Shown here in pieces: positions 38,503 through 50,640 of a stretch of DNA of 64,000 nt. The position numbers were made by a program, and so were the translations under genes. The notes under the pieces were generated by a model. It ran no database searches. It saw only the letters and a program-made list of their open reading frames with translations, and was not told the DNA's origin. This stretch comes from Pecten maximus (lineage: Eukaryota), in the NCBI RefSeq assembly GCF_902652985.1, contig NC_047022.1:30595465-30659464 (forward strand), given 5' to 3'. Each line of letters starts with the position of its first letter. Position 1 is the first letter of the stretch.

Positions 38503-38837
38503 CTACAACCATAATTCATATCTATTATCATTTAGACCATTCTCAGGTTCTACTTTCAAGATACCTACCAAGTTAGACCATTCCCACAAAGGACCCTACA
38601 AGTTTGTGTAGAGTTGAATAAGCAGTAATACCTCACTGTTATACATTGTATTAGTTTCATTCTTTGGAACAAAATCATATCCTTTCTTACAAAAATCATT
38701 TTTTGTTCTTAATCCTTTCATTTCCCCCGAATTTTATATCCTGCAATTAATTTGTTTCAACCAAATCAGCAAAATACAAACCTTGTTTATGACAGAAAAT
38801 ATATTATTATATCAATGTTGCTCCCTAGCGACAGTAC

Positions 38838-39028
38838 CTCACTGGTGATAATCTGGGTGGTGTAAGAATTGCTGTTGTTTTCTATTGGCTCCTCCTGTAT
38901 GATCATAATGTGATGTGTTTGCCCATCTGATGTGTCCACAGTCTCATTGGCTGCTACAGATACATGGACAGAGCCCTCTGGTACCTTACCATTGGCCACG
39001 GACACCTGCTGAGGCTGGGTCATTAAAC
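38838..39028 (-). CDS. C2H2-ZnF/coiled-coil gene, exon 5 (GLMTQPQQVSVANGKVPEGSVHVSVAANETVDTSDGQTHHIMIIQEEPIENNSNSYTTQIITSE)
   Basis: Acceptor gttgcacag|, donor AGTGAG|gtactg. Anchored to ORF 38787..39044. Confidence 0.75.
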
Positions 39029-39649
39029 CTGTGCAACAATTCAATCACAAGATGTCAATCACAAGATGTTAGTTATGTATTTCCAGTTGAAATTGATTGT
39101 AAGTAAAATATGCAAGAACAATAATATATTTATTGTTATTTCTACCTTTTCAGTGAGTAATCTAAATCCATTTTCGTCACAATACAATTCATTTTTGTCC
39201 TACTATTTATATCCATATACTCCAAGATCTATTTGTATACTACACTTGATTGTTGTAATACTTGGGGCTATTCCATAATCATGTGTGTGGGAGGGGTGGG
39301 AGGCACTTGTAAGCCCTATTTTTGTAGTATTCCTTATACAATTTGTATATATGTTTTAATATCTGATGGATGGTGGGGTCTCTGATAAAATGCCTTTCAC
39401 CCCTCCACCATGAATAATTTTAGAACAGCCATTATCTTTTCTTAGAAAATGATCTAAATGTATTAAATGCTACAAAAATAATTTTTGGTGTGTATAAATG
39501 TATAATATTGTGGGTCCATGTGTCCCATAAAATACTATCACATAATCAAAAATCAGTTGTTCACTGCCTCAGTAAGGTTAGGGTGTGTAAGTTTGTACAG
39601 CTGTTTATAACTTTCATTATCCCTTGGTCAGACTTGATGACATAACAAC

Positions 39650-40610
39650 CTCTGTAGAGTATACTGTTTCCTGAACTACATTTGGTAAATATAAAGAGTA
39701 TAACCTACCCGTTTCCTGGCCAGACCCAATGACATAACAGCCTCTACGAGGGTTGTGTAGGAGTATAACCTACCTGTTTCCTGGGCCAGACTTGATGACA
39801 TGACAGCCTCTGTGAGGGTTGTGTATATAGGAGTATAACCTACCTGTTTCCTGGGCCAGACCCAATGACATAACAGCCTCTACGAGGGTTGTGTAGGAGT
39901 ATAACCTACCTGTTTCCTGGGCCAGACTTGATGACATGACAGCCTCTGTGAGGGTTGTGTATATAGGAGTATAACCTACCCGTTTCCTGGGCCAGACTTG
40001 ATGACATGACAGCCTCTGTGAGGGTTGTGTATATAGGGGTATAACCTACCTGTTTCCTGTGTCAGACTTGATGACATGACAGCCTCTGTGAGGGTTGTGT
40101 ATATAGGGGTATAACCTACCCGTTTCCTGGGCCAGATTTGATGACATGACAGCCTCTGTGAGGGTTGTGTATATAGGGGTATAACCTACCTGTTTCCTGG
40201 GCCAGACTTGATGACATGACAGCCTCTGTGAGGGTTGTGTATATAGGGGTATAACCTACCTGTTTCCTGTGCCAGACTTGATGACATGACAGTCTCTGTG
40301 AGGGTTGTGTATATAGGAGTATAACCTACCTGTTTCCTGTGCCAGACTTGATGACATGACAGCCTCTGTGAGGGTTGTGTATATAGGGGTATAACCTACC
40401 TGTTTCCTGTTCCAGACTTGATGACATGACAGCCTCTGTGAGGGTTGTGTATATAGGGTTATAACCTACCTGTTTCCTGTGCCAGACTTGATGACATGAC
40501 AGCCTCTGTGAGGGTTGTGTATATAGGGGTATAACCTACCTGCTTCCTGTGCCAGACTTGATGACATGACAGCCTCTGTGAGGGCTGGGTGTATTGATAT
40601 TCCTCCCTGG
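39650..40610. repeat. 70-bp tandem array, about 13 copies (unit ataacctacctgtttcctgggccagacttgatgacatgacagcctctgtgagggttgtgtatataggggt)
   Basis: Period 70 confirmed from line offsets. The unit is a copy of the last ~31 nt of the adjacent coding exon (40540-40660) plus its GT donor. Confidence 0.95.
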
Positions 40611-40660
40611 TCTAAAGTTGCTGTACTATCACAGTAGCCAGAGTTAGGGTTGTTCACCTC
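40540..40660 (-). CDS. C2H2-ZnF/coiled-coil gene, exon 4 (EVNNPNSGYCDSTATLDQGGISIHPALTEAVMSSSLAQEA)
   Basis: Acceptor ttattccag|, donor GCAG|gtaggt. Anchored to ORF 40466..40705. The 3' part of this exon plus its donor is the founder unit of the adjacent 70-bp tandem array. Confidence 0.75.
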
Positions 40661-41270
40661 CTGGAATAAAGATACAAAACATGAATCCTGAAAATGTTTG
40701 AACAAAACAAAATACTATAGTCATTCAATAGTCTGTCCTCATATTTACAAAAAAAAATTAAAAAAAACCCAAAAAAACACAACTGCTTTTAAAATAGAAA
40801 AAGGACCAAAAAATGATAAGGCATGAGATGCAATTTCAGTGAATGACATGTTGTCATCCCAATGACAATTATTTACAAGTATAAACCTATTCTACATGTA
40901 CATTGTACTCTTATATTCAACTATCCTACCTGTAATATATGTTGTACCTGTTTTACCTGTGTTTCACACACACACACACCTGTTCTACATGTATTTCACA
41001 ACAACATACTTTTATTCTTACTATCTAAGAGATACTTTTGTTTTACACCCCTCTATTCTATATTACACACCCTTGGCTTTACACATACATGTATCACCTA
41101 TTCTAACTGTATTTTACACATACTTATATTCCTGTAAATACATCATAAACACCTGCTTCAAATACTTCAATTTTACACACATACAGTCTTCATCTCTTTC
41201 GCACACATATGTTCTATCTTTATTGTATATTATCTATTCATTAGAATTTGATGATACACACCTGTGCTAC

Positions 41271-41452
41271 CTGAATCTGAAAAGTTGTCTGTGGATTTCG
41301 GAAGTGGGTTTTGTAATGTTTGATGGCCTCATCTCTCCTATTGAATCCATTTCTGCACCTGTAGCAATGCCAGTGCGCTCCTTTGAACTTCTTTTCACCT
41401 TTGATTACACCAACTATGTCGCAGTGATCACAACATCGGAGAATCTTTAGAC
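41271..41452 (-). CDS. C2H2-ZnF/coiled-coil gene, exon 3 (GLKILRCCDHCDIVGVIKGEKKFKGAHWHCYRCRNGFNRRDEAIKHYKTHFRNPQTTFQIQ)
   Basis: Acceptor tgatacag|, donor ATTCAG|gtagca. Anchored to ORF 41241..41516. Second C2H2 finger, CYRC-x12-H-x4-H. Confidence 0.8.
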
Positions 41453-41753
41453 CTGTATCAATAAGTAAACTTTCAAAAAACTTGTTTGGCAGATGTGGTA
41501 CATGTATGTGGTACATTTACATACAAGAATGTATTTCGAAAATTTTACATGGTCTCGAAGTTGGTCCAGTGTATTTTCCTGAACTCTTCATTCATACATA
41601 TACAAATAAACGTAAACTTGATCTATTTTACAACAAAAGCAAAATTATTTATCCCGACCATATTTAAATGATCCTTTAATTTTTCCTTAACCCTTAATAT
41701 ATTAAGCTAAACAGATGACATTACTGTAACTTGAAATATGGAGATATATTTAC

Positions 41754-41946
41754 CAGCAAAGTCTATGCCTTTGTCCACATGTTTAACTCTGTAATGTGCT
41801 TTTAATATGACAGGGTCCTGGTAGATGTCAGACTTAACACAGAATGGACAGTGCATATGTGCACTCTTGTTGGAACACATCTGGTCATAGCATGGAGCAG
41901 GGTTGTAGTTGTTTTCTGTTCCTTTAATTCGGACACTGGCATGAGT
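41754..41946 (-). CDS. C2H2-ZnF/coiled-coil gene, exon 2 (THASVRIKGTENNYNPAPCYDQMCSNKSAHMHCPFCVKSDIYQDPVILKAHYRVKHVDKGIDFA)
   Basis: Acceptor ttttgtag|, donor GCTG|gtaaat. Contains a C2H2 finger, CPFC-x12-H-x4-H. Confidence 0.75.
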
Positions 41947-42701
41947 CTACAAAATTATCAAATAAAATTCAAGTCAATTTCATTCAAATCTTAACTTCAT
42001 ATTTAATGCTACTAATAAAAGTATTTATAGGTTTGAAGGTAACTACTGATTAAAGTGTGATTATTATGTGTTAACCACCAGTTAAGTACAAATCATTATT
42101 GTCAATGTACAGTACATATTAATATTTTACCTTTTATACTGTGTCAGGAAATGAAAAAAAAAATCCAATAGTAATCCTTTTCTATCCAAGAAATATGCAT
42201 GTAAAATACAGTTTGACAGTGGGATTATTTTTACTTCAAGGAACCATGTTATATATGTTGTGTACATATAATTGTTATTTCTTTACTGAAATGGATTTGA
42301 GAGAATTACTTGTTTGTACCTTGCTAATATTTTGACAGAGATCTTGAGACCTTAGTCATTTTAATGTCGGGTGTTTGGCAAATCAATTTTCTGTCAAACA
42401 GGCTGGGAACACCACAAGAAAAGTAAAAAAGACACATGTTGAGGGAGCAAATTCGGGCTTATAATAAAATGGTAATAGGGTTAAATATTGAACATCATTT
42501 ATTAATCTAACAAAAGTTTTGATCCATCCATATATTCACGGACAATTCATTGACAGTTGCCACTTAAAACGCATGCATAATGTAAACAAATGTCGTGTGC
42601 TAGCCGTATCGTACTGTCAATCTCCTTATATGCACTTTATAACATGCTCCGACATTTTGTACGGACATTGAACAACATAGAGACGTTGTTTACATACTTA
42701 C

Positions 42702-42716
42702 CACAAATGTATTCAT
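42702..42716 (-). CDS. C2H2-ZnF/coiled-coil gene, exon 1 (MNTFV). ATG at 42716-42714.
   Basis: ATG preceded by an in-frame TAG. Donor GTG|gtaagt. Phase 0 joins to the next exon. Confidence 0.6.
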
Positions 42717-42739
42717 CTTCACACGAATCAGCGTAATAT

Positions 42740-44082
<1,343 letters not shown>

Positions 44083-44771
44083 ACAAAAAGCTCCATTATC
44101 TTTTATTTTTCAATTTTCCTTTTCTTTTTTCCCCCACAAAATTACACATTTTATCGAAAGTTATTTAAGCAATCTTCTAGGCGATAAGTTTGAGATGGAC
44201 ATTTTGAAAATTGCTCCAGTGTAATAAAAAGAACAAAGAAAAATGCACAATCTGCATTAAAAAAATTACATTACTTTGTAGATTATGATTTCCTGGGACT
44301 CCGAAAATATTTGCAAAACAAAATGATGTGAAAAGATAATTCATCCTGCTTCGACAACTTCATCTCAGTATTTAAGTGACAAGAAGTTATGAAATTTAAC
44401 GTTTAGTGGAAGGACTTCAGGAAAAGGTAATTTTCTAGTTGCATGCTATACTTTTAATTTTACTGATTGTGAATTTGTTGACATAGAAAGAATTTTTTAT
44501 AGGAAGATTATAGAAGTAATGATCATGTGTGTATTTATTTTGAAACATTTATTTTATGTTATTCAGTTTGAGGATTGGTAAACTTAATGTAATTGTCACT
44601 TGTCGGTTATTTCCCTGACTTGAATATTTTCAGGTAAAATATGGTCACCTGGATGCTGGAAGTGATGCACTAATTTCAGGTGTGTGTGCAAAGTGAAGAT
44701 TAATCATTGATTTGTGGACGAGAAAGGATTGCTTCAAAATTGTTATTTGGTGTGGAAATATTCTCATCACC

Positions 44772-45118
44772 ATGACAACCAAAATATTTCAAAGACAAGT
44801 ATTGCAAATATGGAAACCAGGACGATTGCAAAATATACATAAATCAGCATTGTGTTTTACATCAAGGCAAAATTCAAGTCTCACAGCTAACACACAAACT
44901 TGCCAAGGCCAGAGTTTTTCTCCTGATTCCCAGGTGAGGGGGTACTCCTCCTCAACTGGAAGACAGAAGTTAGTGATCCTAGGGTCAGGATGGGGCAGTT
45001 ATTCTGTCCTTAAAACCATTGACAAGAAAAAGTTTGATGTTGTGGTTGTTAGTCCACGGAACCACTTCCTGTTCACGCCTCTCTTGGCAAGTACCACTGT
45101 TGGGACATTGGAGTTCAG
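44772..45118 (+). CDS. NDH-2 (NDI1-like alternative NADH dehydrogenase), exon 1: N-terminal presequence plus first dinucleotide-binding motif ([51 protein letters not shown])
   Basis: ATG at 44772, in frame with ORF 44712..45167. Donor TTCAG|gtacaa. Matches yeast NDI1 '[47 protein letters not shown]'. Confidence 0.88.
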
Positions 45119-45531
45119 GTACAAATTAACGCAAAAAGTACATTCTAAGTTAAATATTTTGAACTAATTCTCTCAAAAATAGATATTTTAAGTTCAGATA
45201 ATACATTCATACTGTAGTATTGTAAATTGATTGACTTTGAAAAGCAAATATTTTCTATCAAATTTTCTGTCAATCCTAATTTATTTCAGTGAGTCAGGTT
45301 TACATCCAATACTGAGGAAGAGGCTAGATGAAGCCTAGATTGTTCATGTTTCACCAAGTTATGTAATGTTGTGAGATTCACATATTACAATACATGCATC
45401 AGATGTTAAAATTCTATTGTGATGAAATTTTCAATATTTCAGCAAAAATTGAGGTCATAATTTACAATGAGCATTGGAAGTTTAGACACTTTGTATGATA
45501 ATTAATTGATTACACAATTATATATTATTAG

Positions 45532-45757
45532 ATCTATAATTGAGCCGGTGAGGAACACAGGATTCAGACAGACAGATCATTTCCATCTGTCCTATGCTGA
45601 GAGTTTAGATATGAAGAAGAAGTTAATAAGATGTGAGAGTGTCCTGGACTCCAGTATCAAGTATGACCTGGAGTATGACAAACTTGTCATTGGTGTCGGA
45701 GCGCTTAGCAACACATTTAACATACCAGGGGTCAGGGAAAATTCTTTCTTCCTCAAG
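45532..45757 (+). CDS. NDH-2 exon 2 (SIIEPVRNTGF..YDKLVIGVGALSNTFNIPGVRENSFFLK)
   Basis: Acceptor ttattag|, donor CTCAAG|gtatat. Anchored to ORF 45506..45823. Matches NDI1 '[34 protein letters not shown]'. Confidence 0.9.
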
Positions 45758-46891
45758 GTATATCTGCTTCTTGATTTTTTTGGTTTTTTAGTTAACATCC
45801 TATTAACAGCCAGGGTCATTTAAGGACGAGCCAGGATTTCTCCTTTGTCTTCTGTCCAGGAGTCATTTGAAAGCACAAGAAAAAGGCCCACTGTTATTAT
45901 ATAAGCCTGTATCCCACTGCATGTTGATTAGAAGGTGACTAAAAGTGGGCCCACTAATTCGGGGAATTTTCCATGTCTTCTTTTTAGGGGACATTGAAGA
46001 GACCAAAATGGATCCTCTGCCCCCATTGCAATACATGGGATCTTAAATCTTGCCTTACTGTTCTCTTTCTGTATTACATTTCTTTGTCTCCTTGGCACAC
46101 GTCCTCATATGACCCTGACTGTTGGGAGGATGTTAAACAACTAAAAAAAAAAAAAAAATGCTTCACACAATTACAGTGTAGTTCTTAAGACATGAGCCAT
46201 CTGTCCTAATTGAATGGTGTCTTATATGTATCAAATAAGTTACAGTACATTTATGAACATCTTTAATTCTTTTGTAGACTGTTGAAGATAACTTGCTGTC
46301 TTATAATATGTCCTTGAAGGAGTGATAAAACCTAAGGAGATATATAGTGTCATGTTTAATTTTTAGATTAATAACAAAATAGTGTATGATCTATTCTCTA
46401 CTCCCTGATAAGATCCATGTTAGCTTTAGAAGATCTCTTAGGAAGTTGATAGTAATCAATGTTCGATTAAGTTGCTTCATATTTCATGATTTGAAATCTA
46501 TGTACATGTATTAGTCCATAGTGTGTTGAGATTAGGAACAGTCCATCACTGTAAGTTTAGAAAGCTTAAGTCAATGTTTGAGATTTAGAGACCCTATTAT
46601 TTGGGTCCAGAATTAGTCAAAATAATTTTCTATACAGTACAAATATTTTGATTTCTTCTATTTCTTTAATCTATAAAGTCATTGAAATGACATTATTTCC
46701 TTTACAAGAGTCCTATTACATGCATTTATTGTTATTTACAGTACATTTGTTATATTTTACTTTTGTTTAACTTTCCATCATTTTATCAATATCTATTTCA
46801 GTATGTAATTTAAAAGTACTAACTTTGAAAATAAATTATATTTGCAAAATGACCTTGTTAAGAAATATGTACATATTTTTGTATTACAAAG

Positions 46892-47062
46892 GAAGTGGCA
46901 GATGCCAGAAAGATACGGAACCGGATTCTGTCGAACTTCGAGTTGTCTATACAACCTGGTATTACTTATGAGGAGGCTAAGAGACTTTTACACTTCGTTA
47001 TTGTTGGAGGTGGACCAACTGGGGTGGAGTTTGGAGCAGAGTTGTATGACTTTGTGGAACAG
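46892..47062 (+). CDS. NDH-2 exon 3 (EVADARKIRNRILSNFELSIQPGITYEEAKRLLHFVIVGGGPTGVEFGAELYDFVEQ), second Rossmann GxGxxG motif
   Basis: Acceptor ttacaaag|, donor GAACAG|gtaagt. Matches NDI1 'LSFVVVGGGPTGVEFAAEL'. Confidence 0.9.
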
Positions 47063-47465
47063 GTAAGTTTTTTTTTTTTTAATTATATTTATTTTTCATA
47101 GAAATATAATACAATTTTTCTTCTAAATTTTTCTATTTAATGACTGATTTAAAGATAGGTAAAAGTTAAAATAAGTTTTATCAAACACATTTAATTTATA
47201 TATCATGACATAATTGTCAGAGGCCCGTTTAACAAAGTTGTTAGTTCCACTGTTATCAGAACTAGCCGGGTAAACTAAAAATCATGAATCTTGTAGAACT
47301 TGAAAACTTGAGGTATATCTAAATTATGAAATGCAAGCAGATACTTATGCTGTCAAGATTGATAAAACATCTTTTGACAAAGGCACTTTCAAAATAGTTA
47401 AAGAAGTTTTTTAGGAGTGAATAGCGGAGAAGAAGTAATGAGTGAGCAGTCTTTCTGGTTTTTAG

Positions 47466-47625
47466 GATGTGTCTAGACTGTACAAACAGAAGCAGTATGA
47501 GGTTAGGGTCACACTCATTGAATCCAACCAGATCCTTGGCTCTTTTGATGAACGTCTCAGAAATTATGCAGAAAAGAAGATTAGAGAGCGAAACAGGTTT
47601 ACCCTGTTACAGTCCGCTGTCACTG
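47466..47625 (+). CDS. NDH-2 exon 4 (DVSRLYKQKQYEVRVTLIESNQILGSFDERLRNYAEKKIRERNRFTLLQSAVT)
   Basis: Acceptor tttttag|, donor CACTG|gtaaat. Phase-consistent. Confidence 0.8.
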
Positions 47626-48015
47626 GTAAATCTTCAGGTTGAATCAGGAATTGGCACAACCCTAACTTCTTTTGAATGTTGGAACATGCATTTATTTAAC
47701 CATATTGTTCTAGAACAACTTTAAGAGGATTTATACAATTTTGCAGTCACAATATCATTTTATTACATAACATAACGTAATTTTAGAATGTACAATGTAT
47801 ACGTATATATACATTGTGTTAGTATGTTACTAACCTTGAGGACCCCTTGGGAGATAAGCTAAAGACTAAATGAAGTTTTACATCCCCAATAAATAAAGTT
47901 TATTATGATTATTGTTATTAGAAAACCCTGGTATACTTTGTATGATTTTGGGGAAAATGTAGCAAAAATTATTGAAATGTACCAGTTGATAGCTATGAAA
48001 TGATATGATTTACAG

Positions 48016-48146
48016 AGGTTAAGTCAGACCGGGTGGTCCTGAAGGATGGTAGTACTCTGCCATGTGGTTTGGTGGTTTGGAGCACGGGCGTGGCTCCTAG
48101 ACCTTTTGTAAAGTCGCTGGATGTCCCTAAAAATAAACAGGGACAG
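48016..48146 (+). CDS. NDH-2 exon 5 (EVKSDRVVLKDGSTLPCGLVVWSTGVAPRPFVKSLDVPKNKQGQ)
   Basis: Acceptor gatttacag|, donor GACAG|gtaagt. Matches NDI1 'IPYGVLVWATGNAPREV'. Confidence 0.85.
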
Positions 48147-48491
48147 GTAAGTTTTTCAGAGTTCAGTCATTTATGTTCTTTATTACATAGCATTTATAGT
48201 TAATAGCTGATAAGTTTAAATTAAGATTCAATAATACATATTTTTTGCAAATACTGCATGAGGATTATTTTTAATAGTTAAAAAGTTCATTTTTAGATTA
48301 ATTTATTACATAGGATGGTAAATGAGGAATCAAGTGTAAAAAACTGTCTGTCTTGACACTTTTATGATTATGATCTGGAAACTAAAGACAGAGATCAATA
48401 ATAACATACTTCTGGGGGTGTACATTTCATATCTAATTCATATACAAAGTAATGTTTCAGCTTGAAAGAAGTATCATGTATCATTGGATAG

Positions 48492-48599
48492 ATTCTGACG
48501 GACGAGTACCTGAATGTATTGGGTGATTCCACTGGGAGTGTGTTTGCCCTAGGTGACTGTGCTGATATAGAAACAATGCCCCTCCCGTGTACAGCACAG
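48492..48599 (+). CDS. NDH-2 exon 6 (ILTDEYLNVLGDSTGSVFALGDCADIETMPLPCTAQ)
   Basis: Acceptor ttggatag|, donor ACAG|gtaatt. Position fixed using the antisense ORF 48395..48619 as an anchor. Matches NDI1 '[23 protein letters not shown]'. Confidence 0.85.
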
Positions 48600-49022
48600 G
48601 TAATTTGAAAATTTGACAACCAAGATATTCATAAAATTTTTCAATACTCCAGATGTAAAACCGAGAGACAAACTACACTTTTCCAGATTTATCTGTTTAT
48701 ACTTTGCTAACATTGTTGTTCCGTTGCTATTTTCATTTTGTTATTTGAAAATAACCATGAAATTTTATGCAAGTTTCAATTAAAGCAAATATATGATGAA
48801 TGTGTAAACCCGTGTCATTTCTGAATTAAGTTATTAGAACTCAATGAACAATAATTAATTTTTCTTTGTTTTCATGGTAAATACTCAAATGTGAAATGAA
48901 AGTGAAATCAGCACCACTGATTTATCATATATTAAACCTATTTTCACATGACCAAGATATTTATAAGATGGACAGGGATACATGTGTATGCATTAGTCAG
49001 CTTTATTTTAAACATATTGAAG

Positions 49023-49170
49023 GTTGCTGAGAGGGAAGGAAGATACCTAGCTAAACAGCTAATTACAGGAGATCCCAAATCTGAGCCTTTCAAGTTCCAG
49101 AGCATGGGAATGCTGGCGTATATTGGTCGGTACCAAGGTCTGACAGATGTCCCACAGGTCAAGATGCAAG
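49023..49170 (+). CDS. NDH-2 exon 7 (VAEREGRYLAKQLITGDPKSEPFKFQSMGMLAYIGRYQGLTDVPQVKMQ)
   Basis: Anchored to ORF 48948..49271. Donor CAAG|gtaaga. Matches NDI1 'VAHQEGEYLAQ..KGALAYIG'. Confidence 0.88.
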
Positions 49171-50233
49171 GTAAGATAAGTATAAAATATATATGTAGTA
49201 TAAAGTCCAGGGGAACTATCACTATACTCCCTGCGTTGATGAAAAGTGATCTCCTGTTCATTTGTTGGTAACAAATTCAAATATTAAGTAAGAAGCTTGA
49301 TTTATTATAAACCAATGAAATTCAATTAATTTTTGTTTTTCTTGATTGGAAGTCAAAACGTGTAGAGGGTATATTTAGAGTTAAAGTTTAGAGCAATCTT
49401 ATTAAGATAAGACTTGCAATTTCTGCTCCTCTACGATACACTGCATTATACAAGGTCTAACAATACCCCATAGGTCATCTCAGCAGTGACCTTTGATCTC
49501 AGCCAATAAGTGTGCCTCCTACGATATTGTCAGTGTGATTTCATTCTTCGGAAGTATAAATACGAGGTGTTCCGATGGTTGATAGCAACGGTACACAATA
49601 TGGCTTTGCCCATGGTATCACCGAGAACATCTGAACGAATCTGTAGTTTAACAAACGTTTGCTGCCTGTGTGGTTTTTCCTTCATCATACTAGAGATATA
49701 CAGTGAAGGCAACAAAATCTATAATAATATCAAGTTTGAAAGGGAATAACATGTACGGTAGCAATTTTCCAAATCCAGTTGGTGATACAATCTATCTCGT
49801 CAACAAGATATTGTATAATCCTTTTCAGTTCTTCTTTTAATGTAATGTCCAAAAGATTAGCAACTTTTTTTATGACTGTGGCCATTAAGATTGTCCACAA
49901 ATAATGTTTGTGAAATTTTGCGTATTTCAAATCAAGGGCTTGTTCGTAAATACTAAAGAGATGCAACCGAAGGTTTGTATTAAACTCTTTTTCATTGGTT
50001 GACTAATGACATCATTGACCAGTTTTCATTGGCTTATATTTGAAGCTGAAAGGTCATGTTGAAATGACCTACAGCAGGATATTCTTAGATATTGCATTGC
50101 TGTGTATGGTAGAGGAGCAGGAAATTACAAGTCTAATTTTAATTATATTGAAGTTTAGAGCTTTCTACTGTGAATTTATAGAATGATGTACATTTACCTG
50201 GAAAAAACACTGTAAAATCTTATCATTTTTCAG

Positions 50234-50364
50234 GATTCACTTCCTGGTTACTTTGGCGCTCTGCCTATCTCACTCGTCTGGGAAGCTGGAGGCTGAGGAT
50301 GCAGGTACCACTGGATTGGTTAAAAACCATTCTGTATGGACGGGATGTGTCTCGATTCGAGTGA
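50234..50364 (+). CDS. NDH-2 terminal exon (GFTSWLLWRSAYLTRLGSWRLRMQVPLDWLKTILYGRDVSRFE*)
   Basis: Acceptor catttttcag|, stop TGA at 50362-50364. Matches the NDI1 C-terminus '[40 protein letters not shown]'. Confidence 0.88.
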
Positions 50365-50640
50365 ATATTTCAAGTTCTATTGAAAGCCATCAGGAATGTA
50401 TGGATGAAATGTCTCTTGAATCTCATGAAAATTTCTCATTCAGTAGAAAGTCAGCAATTCTTTATGGATGGGATATGTCTTGATTGGAATGAACATTAAT
50501 TTCTAATTCTTAAAAAAAGCTGTCATGAATGTATGGACAGAATGCATCCCAGTTTGAATGAACATTTCTCGTTCAATAGAAAGACCTTCAATTCTTTATG
50601 GAGGGGATGTGTCTTGATTCAAGTGAGAACTTTTGAAACG
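50300..50640. repeat. Tandem triplication of about 130 bp, covering the end of the NDH-2 terminal exon, its stop codon and proximal 3'UTR
   Basis: Three copies of ..attctttatgga[tg]gggat[ag]tgtcttgatt[cg][ag]a[ag]tga.. at about 50320, 50455 and 50588. Confidence 0.8.

Noticed and set aside
40896-41450. 184-aa plus-strand ORF (MYIVLLYSTILPVIYVVP...)
   Set aside because: It has a low-complexity T/C-rich composition and lies antisense to a real C2H2 exon and intron. There is no splice or homology support.
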